Assembly: GCF_006345805.1 (NCBI RefSeq)
Contig: NC_043000.1
Span: 48,112,001-48,176,000 of the forward strand
Direction: 5' to 3'
DNA from: Octopus sinensis
Lineage: Eukaryota
Length of the DNA stretch: 64,000 bases
Shown: positions 1 to 13,298 of the stretch, in pieces
Layout: each line of letters starts with the position of its first letter
Numbering within the stretch: the first letter of the stretch is position 1
Notes under the pieces: model-generated
The model's database searches: none
Seen by the model: the letters and a program-made list of their open reading frames with translations, nothing else
What the model was told of the DNA's origin: nothing
Made by a program: the position numbers and the translations under genes

Positions 1-59
1 CATGTGATGATACTCCAAGGATAGTAATGTTTACTTACTGTAGAATAGGAAATGCATGG

Positions 60-60
<1 letters not shown>

Positions 61-90
<30 letters not shown>

Positions 91-135
91 TGTATGTATG
101 TATGTATGTATGTATGTATGTATGTATGTATGTAG
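61..135. repeat. (TATG)n microsatellite
   Basis: Direct read: uninterrupted TATG run. Confidence 0.95.
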
Positions 136-249
136 GTACATATGTACGTACGTATGTATATATGTGTTTGCATGCATGTGTGCGGGCATATGTATGTATG
201 TCTGCATTTATCTATGTATATACATAGGTATGTATTTGGGCATATATAT

Positions 250-785
250 ATGTGAGTGGGTATGTGTATGTGTGTGCACCTATGTAATGTATATGTGTAT
301 GTATTTATGTGTGCATGTATATGTGTGTGCACCTATGTAATGTATATGTGTATGTATTTATGTGTGCATGTATATGTGAGTGAGTATGTATATGTGTGTG
401 CACCTATATAATGTATATGTGTATGTATTTATGTGAGTGGGTATGTGTATGTGTGTGCACCTATGTAATGTATATGTATTTATGTGTGCATGTATATGTG
501 AGTGAGTATGTGTATGTGTGTGCACCTATGTAATGTATATGTGTATGTATTTATGTGTGCATGTATATGTGAGTGGGTATGTGTATGTGTGTGCACCTAT
601 GTAATGTATATGTGTATGTATTTATGTGTGCATGTATATGTGAGTGGGTATGTGTATGTGTGTGCACCTATGTAATGTATATGTGTATGTATTTATGTGT
701 GCATGTATATGTGAGTGGGTATGTGTATGTGTGTGCACCTATGTAATGTACATGTGTATGTATTTATGTGTGTATGTATATGTGT
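250..785. repeat. ~71-bp minisatellite (8 units, some internally deleted)
   Basis: Anchor GCACCTAT at 276,329,400,457,522,593,664,735; last spacings exactly 71 bp. Confidence 0.9.
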
Positions 786-1229
786 ATATTATGTATCTGG
801 ATTGTATGTATTAATGTGCGTGTATGTGTATACGAATGTGTTGTCTATGCCTGTATATGTGTGTATGTATGTGTATGCATGTATGTAATATCTAAAAGCA
901 TATATATGTGTATGTATTTACATGTGTATGTATGTATATGTGTGTAATCTATGTGTGTGCATGTATGTAAAGTAAGCATGTATATAAGATACGTATGTTT
1001 CATTGGAAAGAATAAATAGCTCTACATTACTACCATTCCTCAAATGCAAAAAAATAAACCCTAGAATCTGTTAGAAAGATTATCTACAACACATCACCAT
1101 TATATCCAGTTGGTGGTTTGTCTCTCTTTCTTTAAGAGCAATATGAACAGCCTTGTGGAGATTTTCAAAGTCACTAAATGAAATTCTAAAGTCTATATCT
1201 GAACCTGTTTACTTAATATCACTTTTAAT

Positions 1230-1860
1230 TGTTTAATTTAATTAGTTACTTGATATCTTCATGTTTTACTTGATATCACTGCTATTTTTTAATTGATATC
1301 ACTGTTATTAACTTGATATCACTTTATTTGATCTCACTGTTATTTACTTAGATGTAACAGTTATTTATTTGATCCCACTTCTATTTACTTGTGATCCCGA
1401 CTATTTACTTGTTATCACAGTTATTTCATTGACCTTACTGTTATTTACTTGATATGACAGTTATTTAATTGATATCACTGCTGTTTATTTGATATAACCA
1501 TAATTTATTTGATATCACTACTGTTTAATTGATATAGCTATTATTCATTTGATATCACTGCTGTTCACTTGATATCAATATTATTTACTTGATATTACTG
1601 TTATTTACTTTATATCACTACTATTTAATAAATATCACTGCTATTTACCTAGATGTCACTGTTACTTAATTGATATCATGGCTATTTAATTGATATCTCT
1701 ACTATTTAGTTGACATCACTAATATTTACTTGATACCTCTGTTACTTGATAATGCTGTCATTTACTTGATGTTTCTACTATTTAATTGATATCAAGATTA
1801 TCTATTTGATATCACTGTCATTTACTTGATGTAACTGTTATTTACTTGATATCACTGCTT
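1230..1860. repeat. Degenerate ~20-bp minisatellite, consensus TTATTTACTTGATATCACTG
   Basis: Roughly 30 diverged units with recurring TTGATATCAC core. Confidence 0.9.
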
Positions 1861-3556
1861 CCAATTTTTTAATATATATATATCTTAGTCAAGAGAAAAA
1901 GAATCATCCATGATCTTCTACAGAATCTCAGATTCTGGTTAGTAATGGTGAGAGAAGCATCATTAAACCAGAGACCTAGACTCTACTGAGGGTAGTCAAA
2001 CACTAGGAGCTGGGGAATTCATTAAAACTCCCTGTACAGAGTATGCCATTGAGGGATTTGAAATCAGAATGCAAAGCATGAGTACAAGTACCACAAGGCA
2101 TACTGTCCAACATGCCTATACTTTTCCCAATCATCCATCTTTTACTGGCATTTTATTTTTTAGTTCTGGGTGAATAAAAGGTGAAATTGGCTTTGGCAGG
2201 ATTCTAAGAACACCAAGAATCAAAATATATACTGCAAGACATTCTAGTTATCAATTGGCACATTTGTTAGCACATTTCCAGTAAAATAGACTTTATATTT
2301 CTATGTATTAATACTGGTATCACAAACTTCTGTCTTTCCAATTCTGATTTTTCCCAAGGAGCTGAATATCCTCTAATATTTTCATAATATATCTTATTTC
2401 TTTCACTGTTATCAATTCTATAAATTTTTCGATCTGGTTACACACAACTTCTGTAATCTTTGTCCTTCTAATTATGGTTTATGTTACCATACATCTGAAT
2501 ATCTCCCACCTGATATTTATCTTCTGTGTATTCTCGTATTCATTATTTTTGACATGTCTTATAATTGGCTTCTTAAAACATAAGATATTTTGTATTTCAT
2601 GAAATACTGGAAAGCAAGCCCCCACTCTTGTATTATTCTCTTTCCTGCATAAGCAGCTCCAAGTTTAAGCTTACAGACAAGAAACTAATGCTAAAAAAAA
2701 ATATTCTGGGAACACTATCTGCATAAAGAACATCTAGTAAATGAAATTTAATGAGAAAAAAGGAGAAAGCCCCATTTGTAGTGAAGGGGGAAAATTTATT
2801 AATTTTAACCCTTTCAGGTCATATAGCCTGTTTTGGAATTTCACATTTCACACTCAATGTTCAGCCAAATTCCTGATATAGTGTGAATCAGTAAACCCCA
2901 TGTTAAATTTCATGTTAAAATATGGTCGAATTAGCAATAGGAATTCAGTTATACATATGCAGAGAATAACTTGAAGCCGTTTGGAGATAAACAATTTCAT
3001 ACGGAAAGAGAAAGTGGTATATTTCCAACAAGGAACTCATGGTAATGGTACAGTATTGCAATTAGATCAACAAATTGCCAGTTCCAGATAATCTCAAATT
3101 GCAGATGTTTCTAACCAGTAGTTTTCAATTCAGAGGTTCACATTTCTTTTATGTTCTAGAAGTGAATCTCAGGTACAAGCATCTAGAAATTTCCTTAGAA
3201 TTAGTCAGAAATTCAAGGGAGACAATTCCAAATTATACATTCTAAAAAAATTGAACAGGGTACATAAACATCAATTTATTCACTGGTACACAAGTTGCAT
3301 TTCACACTTACCAAATGTTTTTTCTTCTTTTATTTTTACTTGTTTCAGTCATTTGACTGCAACCATGCTTAAGCACTGCCTTGAAGCAGTAGATTATTTT
3401 GGAGGCCTAATGGTAATATGGGTGATAATGTTTCTGACATAATTGGGACAGGAAGTGTTTTATATTTTGGAAAGATTGTATATTTCTGCCAATAAAATGG
3501 GACAGTCTGAGTATGGGGTCCAAGTTTAACCCCACCCCCCCATTTACATTTCATAA

Positions 3557-3775
3557 TAGTGGAGGTTTAGTGGTTAGGGTGTTGGACTCATGATCTTGAG
3601 ATTGTGGTTTTGATTCCTGGACCGGGCAACACATTGTGTTTTTTAGTAAAACACTTCAAGCAGCATTACTCTAGGCCATTCAGCTGGCAAAATTAAGTAA
3701 TCCTGTGACAGACCAGCATCCTGTCCAGGTAGGGAATGCCATGGAAACCAGGAAACCGGCCCTTATGACTTGTCA
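3557..3775 (+). mobile_element. tRNA-derived SINE, degraded
   Basis: tRNA-like head (AGTGGTTAGGGTGTTGGACTCATGA...TTTGATTCCTGGACC) similar to the head at 51363, followed by SINE body. Confidence 0.6.
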
Positions 3776-3807
3776 TGACACAAGAACGAAACCTTACCTT
3801 TTTCACA

Positions 3808-4041
3808 TCTCTATTTCTTTACTACCTACAAAGGGCTAAACACAGAGGGGACAAACAAGGACAGATACGGATTAAGTCGATTACATCGACCCCAGTGCGT
3901 AACTGGTACTTAATTTATCGACCCCGAAAGAATGAAAGGCAAAGTCGACCTCGGTGGAATTTGAACTCAGAACGTAAAAACAGACAAAATACAGCTACGC
4001 ATTTTGCCTGGCGTGCTAAAATTTTTGCCTTCTTGCCAACT
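3808..4041 (-). mobile_element. tRNA-derived SINE family B (Meta/MESC-like core, tentative)
   Basis: Reverse complement of the 23608-23840 copy, including core GCCTTTCATCCTTTCGGGGTCGATAAATTAAGTACCAG. Confidence 0.85.
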
Positions 4042-7000
4042 TTTTCACATTTCATAGTAGAGCTTATGCATATACCATGAAGATAGGTTAATATAACTTT
4101 GATCCTAGTCCAGTTTTGCACATCATACCACAATTTCCTTTTGAGAACATTTCGTTTTTCAACAAACCAAATACATTTTCACTTTAACATATCAACTGCA
4201 TTAAACAGTAAAGATGTCAAATGTTTAACACTTCCATTTTATACTCACCTACAACAGCTTACATTTTTTTGAAAACATTTCTGAGTGCTTTCAGGAATTT
4301 CCTGTTTATGGTGCTTCTCTCTCCTCTCTCTCTCTTTAAAAGAAAAATGGGGTCTTGGATATTTTTCAGATATCAGAATTTCAAATGAAGGATTATTAAC
4401 TGTAATATGGTAGTCTTAAACACTAACCAATTTCTGAGTCTCTTCTACAATAGTAGCATTTTATATTTCCATAATGGAAATCTACTCTACTTTTAGAATG
4501 GTTGGTTGCTTGGCACATGTATATATTTTTATTAAAGGATCGATGTCAAAGACTAGCTCTATGTTAAGTGTTTCCTGTTACTGTTAATGCCAGTTGGTTT
4601 TGTACCGATTTATATGCATTACCTTGTGTAAATCATCACTGATTGATTTTTATGTCTAGTTTGTTCTCCCTTCTGGTGTTACTATTGCTATGATTTATCA
4701 TATCATCTTCAATTCATTGAGCTTTTTTTTTGTTTAAATTATGACAATGTTCTTTCAATTGATTCTAAATTGATTTATTATTATTTTTATCATTATTATT
4801 TACTATTATTATCATCATCATCATCATCATATGGGCATATTTTATACATAGATTACTTCAAATATTTTCTGCTTTCCCACTCTACTTATTTTGAAATTTT
4901 ACCAGGAATTTAATTATGTATCCCCATATATTAAAGTGCTTGTCATATTGATCTGTGGCGAGCAAACATAAATCCTTGCCGACTGAAATTTAACCTCAAA
5001 TTATGCACTTGTACATTTTGAGCTGTGCACCCACATCAAGAATGTCTTTTACTTATGTTTTAAAGTAATCTCTTTAAATTCGTTCATTATTGTTTTACCT
5101 TTTTTTTTTTTATTGGCTTTGGTTATAAATTTAGAATTATAGCATTCATGCAACAAATGTCTTTGACTAGTTTGGATCTGGATTCTGTTTTGCATTGAAT
5201 GGTACACTGTAATTTCAAAGACAAATCTCTGCTTTTTCATACTGATCAAATGACTGAATATAATGGTTGAGTTTTTAGTTTCAGAGGCTAAATAAACTAC
5301 TTATAAAAGTACTTAAAATTGTGAGTGATATTTTTGTTGTTGTTTAGTACCAAATTGATTGTACCTGATCGTGCAGACCTATGATGGAAAGTACTCAAGT
5401 GTCTTGGTCTTTTTGGTTTTTCTTTTCAGACAAAGTATCTTAGATATTTAGTATGCCTTTGCTTCAAAATGGTAGACTGTGATTTGTAGATGATTCAGTT
5501 TTTATTTTAAACTTACGTTAGACCGTTCAGAAACTTGACTGAAGTTTGGTACTAGATATATATTTACTTTTGATGTATCTTAAATCAGTGTTTAAGAGCA
5601 TAGAATAAAGTTTATGAGTAATGAGAGTTACTTAACACATTTATCTGTTAAAACTGAGTTAGAAATCTTCCCTTCAAATAGAAAGGTCTGGTATGATCTT
5701 ATCATTATGGAAAGATTATACGTACCAATGAATTTTTAACTGAACCTTACCCTTGGAACAATTATGCATTAATATTCTAACTAGTGAGACCTGTGAATAT
5801 TTCATGGAATTAATGGTAAACCTATTGGGTTATCTCTGAAAACTTTATTAAAAAAAACTGAAAGAGTAGCCTGTGTTGTGTCTGTATGGAAAGATAGTCC
5901 TTCATCTGCAACTCATTGAGAAGTGAAATAAATAAGAATATGATGATTATTTAATGCACTTTATATACTTTATGCACAATTTTATAGACTTAATAAGCAG
6001 CACTCATGAAATAAATATTCACTCTTATTTTTCAATTTACCTATAAACAAAAGCAAAATATCCCATACATGTGATATAACCTTTAGTTAAATTGCATATA
6101 TCTGCCATGTAAATGATCATGAATATTTCATGGAATTGTACTTATGTGCATGTGTTAAGTGATAGGTAAAAAGAAATACTTTTCACTCTCCAATCACCAC
6201 TGCCACCACCACCTCCACTACCATCATCATCTCTCTCCTCTCTCTCTCTCTCTCTCTCACGCTCCCCATTTCTCTCTTTGCCTTTTTTAACTTAACTATC
6301 AGAACATCACCCCTCTGCTAAAATTATATTCTTAACTCTCCTCCTCTATCTTCGACTAACTTTTTTAACCACGTAATAAATATTACATTCTCCCTACCTC
6401 ACATCATGGGTGCTTCTCTTTCCTTCTTTTTCTTTCTCTCTCCTTTTCTCTAATCACACGAAAGTGTTACCAATGGGCTAAGTAACGCAATGACAACAGA
6501 ATTATTATAAGATATTCTACATTTTCTTTTATGTACCATACCAATACATATCAGTAATCATGACCTGCTATGCACTTTTTCTTCACACAGTTTACTATGT
6601 TAGTGAGCCAAGCATTCTGGAACCAATGGATAATGCATGTTGCAAGTAACACAACTACATAAAATATTGTACATAGAACTATTGCTTCAATAAATCTTTT
6701 CCAGCCTATTCCAGTATGAAAAAAAAATGTGAAAATGATGATGATAGTAATAATGACAGTGCTGATGGTAAACGACTACACCAACATTGGATATTCTACA
6801 AGTTCATTCAATCTGCTAGAATTAGCAGCCAAACCTCCCACTTTGTGTCTTGAAAACACAAACATCAGATTATGTAGTTAATGATATCCTCTCGAAAAAC
6901 AACTGAATGATTATAACTTTGAAGACCTTCAATGAAGATATCTGCTTCATAAGCACAGATTTTGAATGAAAGACAAAGTAATAACGATCATATATCTGTG

Positions 7001-7385
7001 TGTGGGTGTGTGCTTGTGCATGCATATGTGTTTTATAGTGTGTGTGTATATATATATATAGTGTATTGTTCCATAACAGGTAGGATCAGCAAAAAGGAAA
7101 AAAATGTATTCATCCAGAGACAAATATATATAAGTTTCATGCTCAAAGATTGCAGGATATTACATGGCACATTAAATAAACTCATCCAACAAATGTAATG
7201 TTGATGCACAAAACTTTTAGTAGCTTGCATTTAAATCCTATATTTGCTAAATGATAGATAGATACATACATAGGATGGAGTCATAACCCCGAAATATTGA
7301 ATGAAAAGTAAGTCCACATTAATTCATGTATTTGTTTTCTTAGGATTTGCCTTGCATTTACTTTGCATTGTCCTGGCCTTACTCA

Positions 7386-7438
<53 letters not shown>

Positions 7439-9260
7439 CGTGAGTATAACCCTAAATGTAGGCTTATCAACCCAGCCAAGTCAGAACTAGGGATTATTAG
7501 CAAAGAAATTTTAGATAAAATAAATACGAAAATTAAGACCGATACTAGGCTAGTGCAATGGTCCAATAGTATAGAAGTCGTAGACTGGTTTAAAGCTATT
7601 AAGAATAAGAAAAAAGCGAGGTTTACACAATTCGATATTGTTGATTTTTATGCCTCTATCTCTAAAGAACTGCTAGATAAAGCCCTAATCTTCGCTAGTG
7701 ACTTCATAGAAATTAGTACCAATGATAAGGATATAATCTCCATGCTAGAAAGACATTACTTTTCAGTGAGAATGCAAAGTGGGTAAAAAACACCGACACG
7801 GAGGGCGCTTTCGATGTGAGCATGGGTTCATATGATGGGGCAGGCATCTGTGATCTAATTGGACTCTTTCTCCTAGATACATTCGGTAAGACATTCCCTA
7901 ACGTACATTTCACCATCTACAAAGATGATGCCCTCGCCTTAACAGCTAATACAAATGGACCAGCACAAGATCGTTTTAGGAAGGATATTATCCAGTTAAT
8001 GAAATACTTCGGACTTAGTATAACTATAGACACTAACCTGACGGTTGTCAATTTCTTAGACGTTTCCTTAGATCTTAATAATAATATTTATAAGCCTATA
8101 GGAAGCCCAATGATAGACTAAGTTATATTAATGTAGGTTCATGCCATCCCCCTATAGTATTCAAAAATTTAGTTAAAATATTAGTAAGAGGATTTCTAGC
8201 CTCTCATCTAATGAGGACATCTTCAATAGCGTTGCCCCAGTTTATAATAAAGCTTTAAAAGATAGTGGTTTTAGCGAAAAAATAAAATATACACCTATCA
8301 CCAGCCCAACAATAAGGAAAAGGAATAATAGAAATAGGAAGGTCATCTGGTTACGCCCCCTTACTCACCCGAGGTGGCCTTCAATATAGGTAATATTTCC
8401 TAGCACTGATAGATAGACATTTTCCAGTTAACCATGCTTATAGGAAACTCTTCAATAGACACAATTTAAAAATTAGTTTTAGTTCAACTATCAATTTTAA
8501 AAACATAATCAATCATAACATACAAAAAACACAAGAAGAAAACAGCTGTTCATGCAGGAATAAAGAATTGTGCCCGCTAAATGGAGCTTGCATGTCCAAG
8601 ACCATCATATATGAAGCTACCGTAAACTCTATACCACTAAAGACACCGTTTCGACGAAGAAAAACGTGGGCCTGACAGAGGGTAATTTCAAGGCCAGGTT
8701 CAATAACCACACTTTGAGCTTTAGGCACTGGAACAAAAGAAAAGCGACACAATTATCCAATCATATTTGGTCTTTAAGAGATAAAGGTGTCGATTATAAC
8801 ATACAATGGAAGATTTTGGCCAGATGTAAGCCCTATACTAACGGCAGCGGAAGGTGCGGTTTATGCGACATGGAGAGATGGCTTATCTGGAAAAGCAGCT
8901 TAGACCCTACCACATGTCTAAGTACAAGGACAGAGCTTTTCGGATCATGCCCACATGTGACTTTTATTCTGTTACGTTTTTTGTCCCCTAAAGAAAACGG
9001 ATAGAACATGCTTTCTGTGTTATGTCCCAAGAAGATTTTATATATTTTTATGTATTTTTATATAATTTTTATGACGAAAAATGCGAGTGATGTATAAGTA
9101 CGCAGGCAAAGCAGAGTTATAACAGAGTAATTTCCCTTCATTTTTAACGGTATTTTTTCATAACGTTTTCAAATAGCCAGATAACCGAAGAGATGGTGTT
9201 GTGGATTTCCACTTCGGCATCTGAAACTCAGAGTTTTATCTTGACTACTGAGTAATGTAA
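7439..9260 (+). mobile_element. Penelope-like element (PLE), 5'-truncated and frameshifted: RT + C-terminal GIY-YIG endonuclease + 3' pLTR
   Basis: ORF pieces NPKCRLINPAKSELG..., FDIVDFYASIS, MGSYDGAGICDLIG, YKDD, VNFLDVSLDL (RT); CSCRN..CPLNGAC..IIY..VGLTEGNFKARFNNH...CGLCDMERWLI (GIY-YIG); stop at 9004; flanked by (TA)n on both sides. Clade (Nematis-like) tentative. Confidence 0.92.
9174..9247 (+). ncRNA. Type I hammerhead ribozyme motif in PLE 3' pLTR
   Basis: Stem I AGATAA(9179-84)/TTATCT(9236-41); core CCGAAGA 9185-91; stem II GATG..CATC with inner GTGG/CCAC, then an extra T before GAAA 9223-26; palindromic stem III ACTC-a-GAGT; GUU site at 9235. Confidence 0.75.
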
Positions 9261-9262
9261 CA

Positions 9263-9270
9263 TATTGTAT

Positions 9271-9305
<35 letters not shown>

Positions 9306-9407
9306 AATGCCTGTATATATATATGTATATAAATGCATGTATATATGCATGTATGCATACATATCATCATCATCATATGCATGTATACATATATATATAT
9401 ATGCATG

Positions 9408-9442
<35 letters not shown>

Positions 9443-9447
9443 GCATA

Positions 9448-9480
<33 letters not shown>

Positions 9481-9661
9481 GCATATCTATATATATATAT
9501 ATATATATACATGCATATCTATATATATATATATATATACACATGCATATCTATATATACATATATATGTATATACACACATGCATATCTATATATACAT
9601 ATATATATACACATGCATATCTATATAAACACATATATATAGACACACATGCATATATATA

Positions 9662-9704
<43 letters not shown>

Positions 9705-9746
9705 GCATATATATATACACACACACATATATATATACACACACAC

Positions 9747-9803
<57 letters not shown>

Positions 9804-9820
9804 ATATATATATATATAGT
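9263..9820. repeat. Compound (TA)n/(CA)n microsatellite with repeated CATGCATATC-(TA)n units
   Basis: Direct read. Confidence 0.9.
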
Positions 9821-10140
9821 TTTAAAGTTATGAATTTACAAAATTTCAGTTAGATTATTTACTTATTTATGATTAAGCATGCCCTTATATAGCATCTTTG
9901 TAAAGATTTAGAAATGATAAATATTTTCATTTGATATTTTTCGTCAGCTATTTAAGGAGATATGTCAATTTGATGAAGCATCATTACATATTTAAATGGA
10001 TTGATCATTCTTGAAACACTTCATTTTGTTAATGAAGTAGAAACAGCTGTAATTTATGAGATGTGTCATTTGTTTGTATGAAATATTTAAATTGAATTTA
10101 TAATTGTTCAATCTATTGTTTTGTTTTTCCATTTCTGATT

Positions 10141-10216
<76 letters not shown>

Positions 10217-10268
10217 CATATTGACACACACACATTTATGTCTATATATGTCTCTCTTTCTCTCTCTC

Positions 10269-10315
<47 letters not shown>

Positions 10316-11307
10316 GATAAGATTGTTTGAATTATTTTCTGTAATACTTCTCTGTAAATGCTTAAATGTTTTGTTGAGTTTGTCAATTAACATTTTCTGA
10401 TCAACAGAACATCAGAGGTTACTAGTTTTCAATGGCCATTTGCTGTTTTACAAAATTTATGATAGTAAGAGTTAAAAGGGATTATCTTTGTAGTTCCGGT
10501 GAAGAACATATTCAAATGAGCTATTTTGCAAGCAGTTATAGATGACTTTTCTCAAATCCTTTTACAATATAAATCGCTACAACATATGCACATATATATA
10601 TAATTTATTTTAGTCCAAGCAATACTTGCATGGGACATAGATGTTAATTGTTGTTGGTGAATGAGGATGATGATGGTTACTTAATGGTATATGTGTAAAT
10701 GTGTGATAAAATATGAGTGTGTAATTGCATGTGCTTTGAGTTGGCAGAAACATAAGCATGCCAGGCGAAATATATATATATGAACTATTTTCTTTTCCTT
10801 TTTTCTAAAAATCCCCTTGTAAACACGGTTATAGATCATGCATATCGATGTAAACATTGGCAAAAACACACCTTTAGTTCATATAAGTGATTTCTATCAT
10901 ATATAATTTAAATATTAATTTTCTTTTTACATTTCACATTCACTAGATATATATTTTTCCTAGTCTATAAGTTTTTTTTTAATATACATATAGTTATATA
11001 CTTCTCATATATTTAGTTTTTCTTAATTTTATTTTATCCCTCCACTTTCTATAGGCTACCTATGACGTTATATCCTATAACGCTTTTTTTTAAACAATAT
11101 TAATAGTGTTCAGTTAATCACTATACATATCCATCATTTTCTGTTAAAATTTTTTATTGATGAGTTTCATTTCTTCATTTCCCTGAAGAGAAGATTACAT
11201 AGTTTTACACCATTTTATTCCTTTGGAATAATACAAGTGATATCTTCGAAACATGTGTTGGAAGTAAAAGAATTTGAATAACACCGGCGTTAAACACCAT
11301 TTATATA

Positions 11308-11342
<35 letters not shown>

Positions 11343-11362
11343 CTCACGCATATATATATGTA

Positions 11363-11556
11363 TGTGTCTGTCTTTGTCCTCCACCACTGCCTGACAACCA
11401 TTATTGGTGTGTTTACATCCCTGTTACTTAGTGGTTTTGCAAAAGAAACTGATAGAATAAGTACCAGGCTTAGCAAAAATAGAAAATAATATGTACTGGG
11501 GTCAATTCATTCAACAAGAAATTCGTCTAGGTGGTGGCCGCAGACTAATGACTGTT
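11363..11556 (+). mobile_element. SINE family A, 3' half
   Basis: Matches the 3' half of 28169-28564. Confidence 0.75.
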
Positions 11557-12133
11557 ATAAGTTACAGATAAATGATCAAATAATGTTTGCACTTCACAAA
11601 GTATATATTTATTATATATAACAACTCTTACCTGTAAACACAGATATGCACACACGCACACACACAACACTTTGGGAATTTGTGTGGGTTTTTTTTATTT
11701 TCTTTCACATTGTAGTATTTAAGTTTAAATGATATTCTGCAAATGCTTTATGATAAACCTTCAGTTTATGTGATTGCATTGCATCAATAGTTATATTTAT
11801 TTATTTTATATGTACTCAAATAAATACATTTACTTTTCATATACATTAATAATAATCAAATGCTTTATCTATTTGAATTTATCTTGACACATGCAGCCAC
11901 TCAAATTCTTTCTTTTTATTTTGTTTCTATTTTCTGAATATTTCTTTCAATGGTTTCTTCATTCTTCAGATTCAGAAACATGAAACTCATAGTTATAAAG
12001 CATAAGCTTTCAATTTTAATAAGTTTAATAAAGCGTTTGATAATACAGTTTTGTATCTAAGAGATGAGGAATTATGTACACTATGTACATTATTTACATT
12101 TTGACGGATTTTGTCCTCATCTTCTTTGTTGTT

Positions 12134-12174
12134 AACACAGCGTTTCGGCTGATATAACCTTCAGCCTTCATCAG
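12134..12174 (-). ncRNA. Minimal hammerhead motif (5' strand of stem I missing; U16.1->C)
   Basis: Minus strand CTGATGA A GGCTGA aggttata TCAGCC GAAA CGCT GTGTT. Confidence 0.65.
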
Positions 12175-12323
12175 CCAACAGGCATATGACATAGTGGTTA
12201 AAAGCACAGGCTACTAACCCCAAGATTCCGAGTTCGATTCCAAACAGTGACCTGATTAATAATAATAACAACAACTTCAAAAAATACCTTAGAAATGAGA
12301 ACCCAGGTTCGAAACTTCCCAAA

Positions 12324-12369
12324 GTCACCTGATGACGGCTGGAGGGTATATCATCTGAAACATTGTGTT
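12324..12369 (+). ncRNA. Minimal hammerhead motif, degraded
   Basis: GTCAC CTGATGA CGGCTG..TCATCT GAAA CATT GTGTT. Confidence 0.6.
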
Positions 12370-12495
12370 ATCGACAAACAAGATGAAGACAAAATCCATC
12401 AAAATGTAAATAATGTAAATAATGTTTGATAGTCACTTTTCATTGTCAAGTATTCTCTTTTTTCTTCTCTACTATGAAGTGTTTCATTCGAAGGT

Positions 12496-12675
12496 TTAAC
12501 CCTTTAGTATGTCGAATGTAATGCTTATTTATTCACACTGTTTTTGAATTAATTATACATTATCTTGTAGCCTTGAAATTTTGATTATTTTCAGAATGAC
12601 ATTGTAGGGCAGTTGAGAGAGACCAGATCTCGTTAGGTTGGATGAAAACAGATAGAATATTTGTTAAAAGGTTAA
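12496..12675. mobile_element. TTAA-flanked MITE (piggyBac-like ends)
   Basis: TTAA-CCCTTTAG...TTAAAAGG-TTAA; related copies at 46869-47075, 47984-48087, 48130-48371 and a possible start at 63991. Confidence 0.7.
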
Positions 12676-12829
12676 ACAGACACATACACACATGTGGACC
12701 TGCACAATGCACACCCCCCCCCACACACAAAGGGAGAGGAAGACAGGCAAATCTGGATTAAATGCACACAGTCTTGTGAGTCTTATACAAACACACATAT
12801 TTACATGTATATAAGTATATATTGTTGCT

Positions 12830-12965
12830 ATTAGGAAGGGCATCCAGTTGTAAAACCCTTGCCAAAACAGACAGCAAAGCTTGGTGCAGTCTTCTGCCTA
12901 GTCAGCCTCTGTGAAACCATTCAATCCATGCCAGTATGGAAAACAGACATTAAATGAGGATGAGA
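12830..12965 (+). mobile_element. Family C ((GAT)n-tailed non-LTR 3' end), degraded
   Basis: TTAGGAAGGGCATCCAG...CCATGCCAGTATGGAAAACAGACATTAAATGAGGATG. Confidence 0.7.
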
Positions 12966-13254
12966 AGGTGGATAACAACGATGATATATATCAATCTTTC
13001 AATTTTTATATCTAACTTGCTTTAAGAGAGAATCTCATACAGACATTTAATGCTTAAAAGTACAAAGAATCAATGGCAAATGAAAAACTACCCAGTACCA
13101 GTGGTAGAACTTCAAAATCACATGATTTCAGCTTGTCTGCTTCTCATCAGAAGCAATCTAACTACAATCACTGCTACTGGTAAAATCTTCTTTCTTTGAT
13201 ATTATAGAAAAACAGTAACTAATCAGGTACTAATACTGCAAATAGCTGGCAGGC

Positions 13255-13295
<41 letters not shown>

Positions 13296-13298
<3 letters not shown>

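Larger units (their letters stand above)
12043..12423 (+). mobile_element. PLE-derived tRNA-head/hammerhead element with inverted 3' arm
   Basis: 12175-12423 aligns to 22111-22358; 12043-12174 is the reverse complement of the family's hammerhead-to-3'-end segment (22265-22387). Confidence 0.85.

Noticed and set aside
1-36. Minus-strand acceptor followed by SKHYYPWSIIT
   Set aside because: Runs off the window edge and is too short to support; similar short candidates at 4254-4325 and 5749-5790 are unsupported.
2290-2580. Purine-rich minus-strand stretch, possibly an ancient LINE 3' end
   Set aside because: No diagnostic motif could be aligned.
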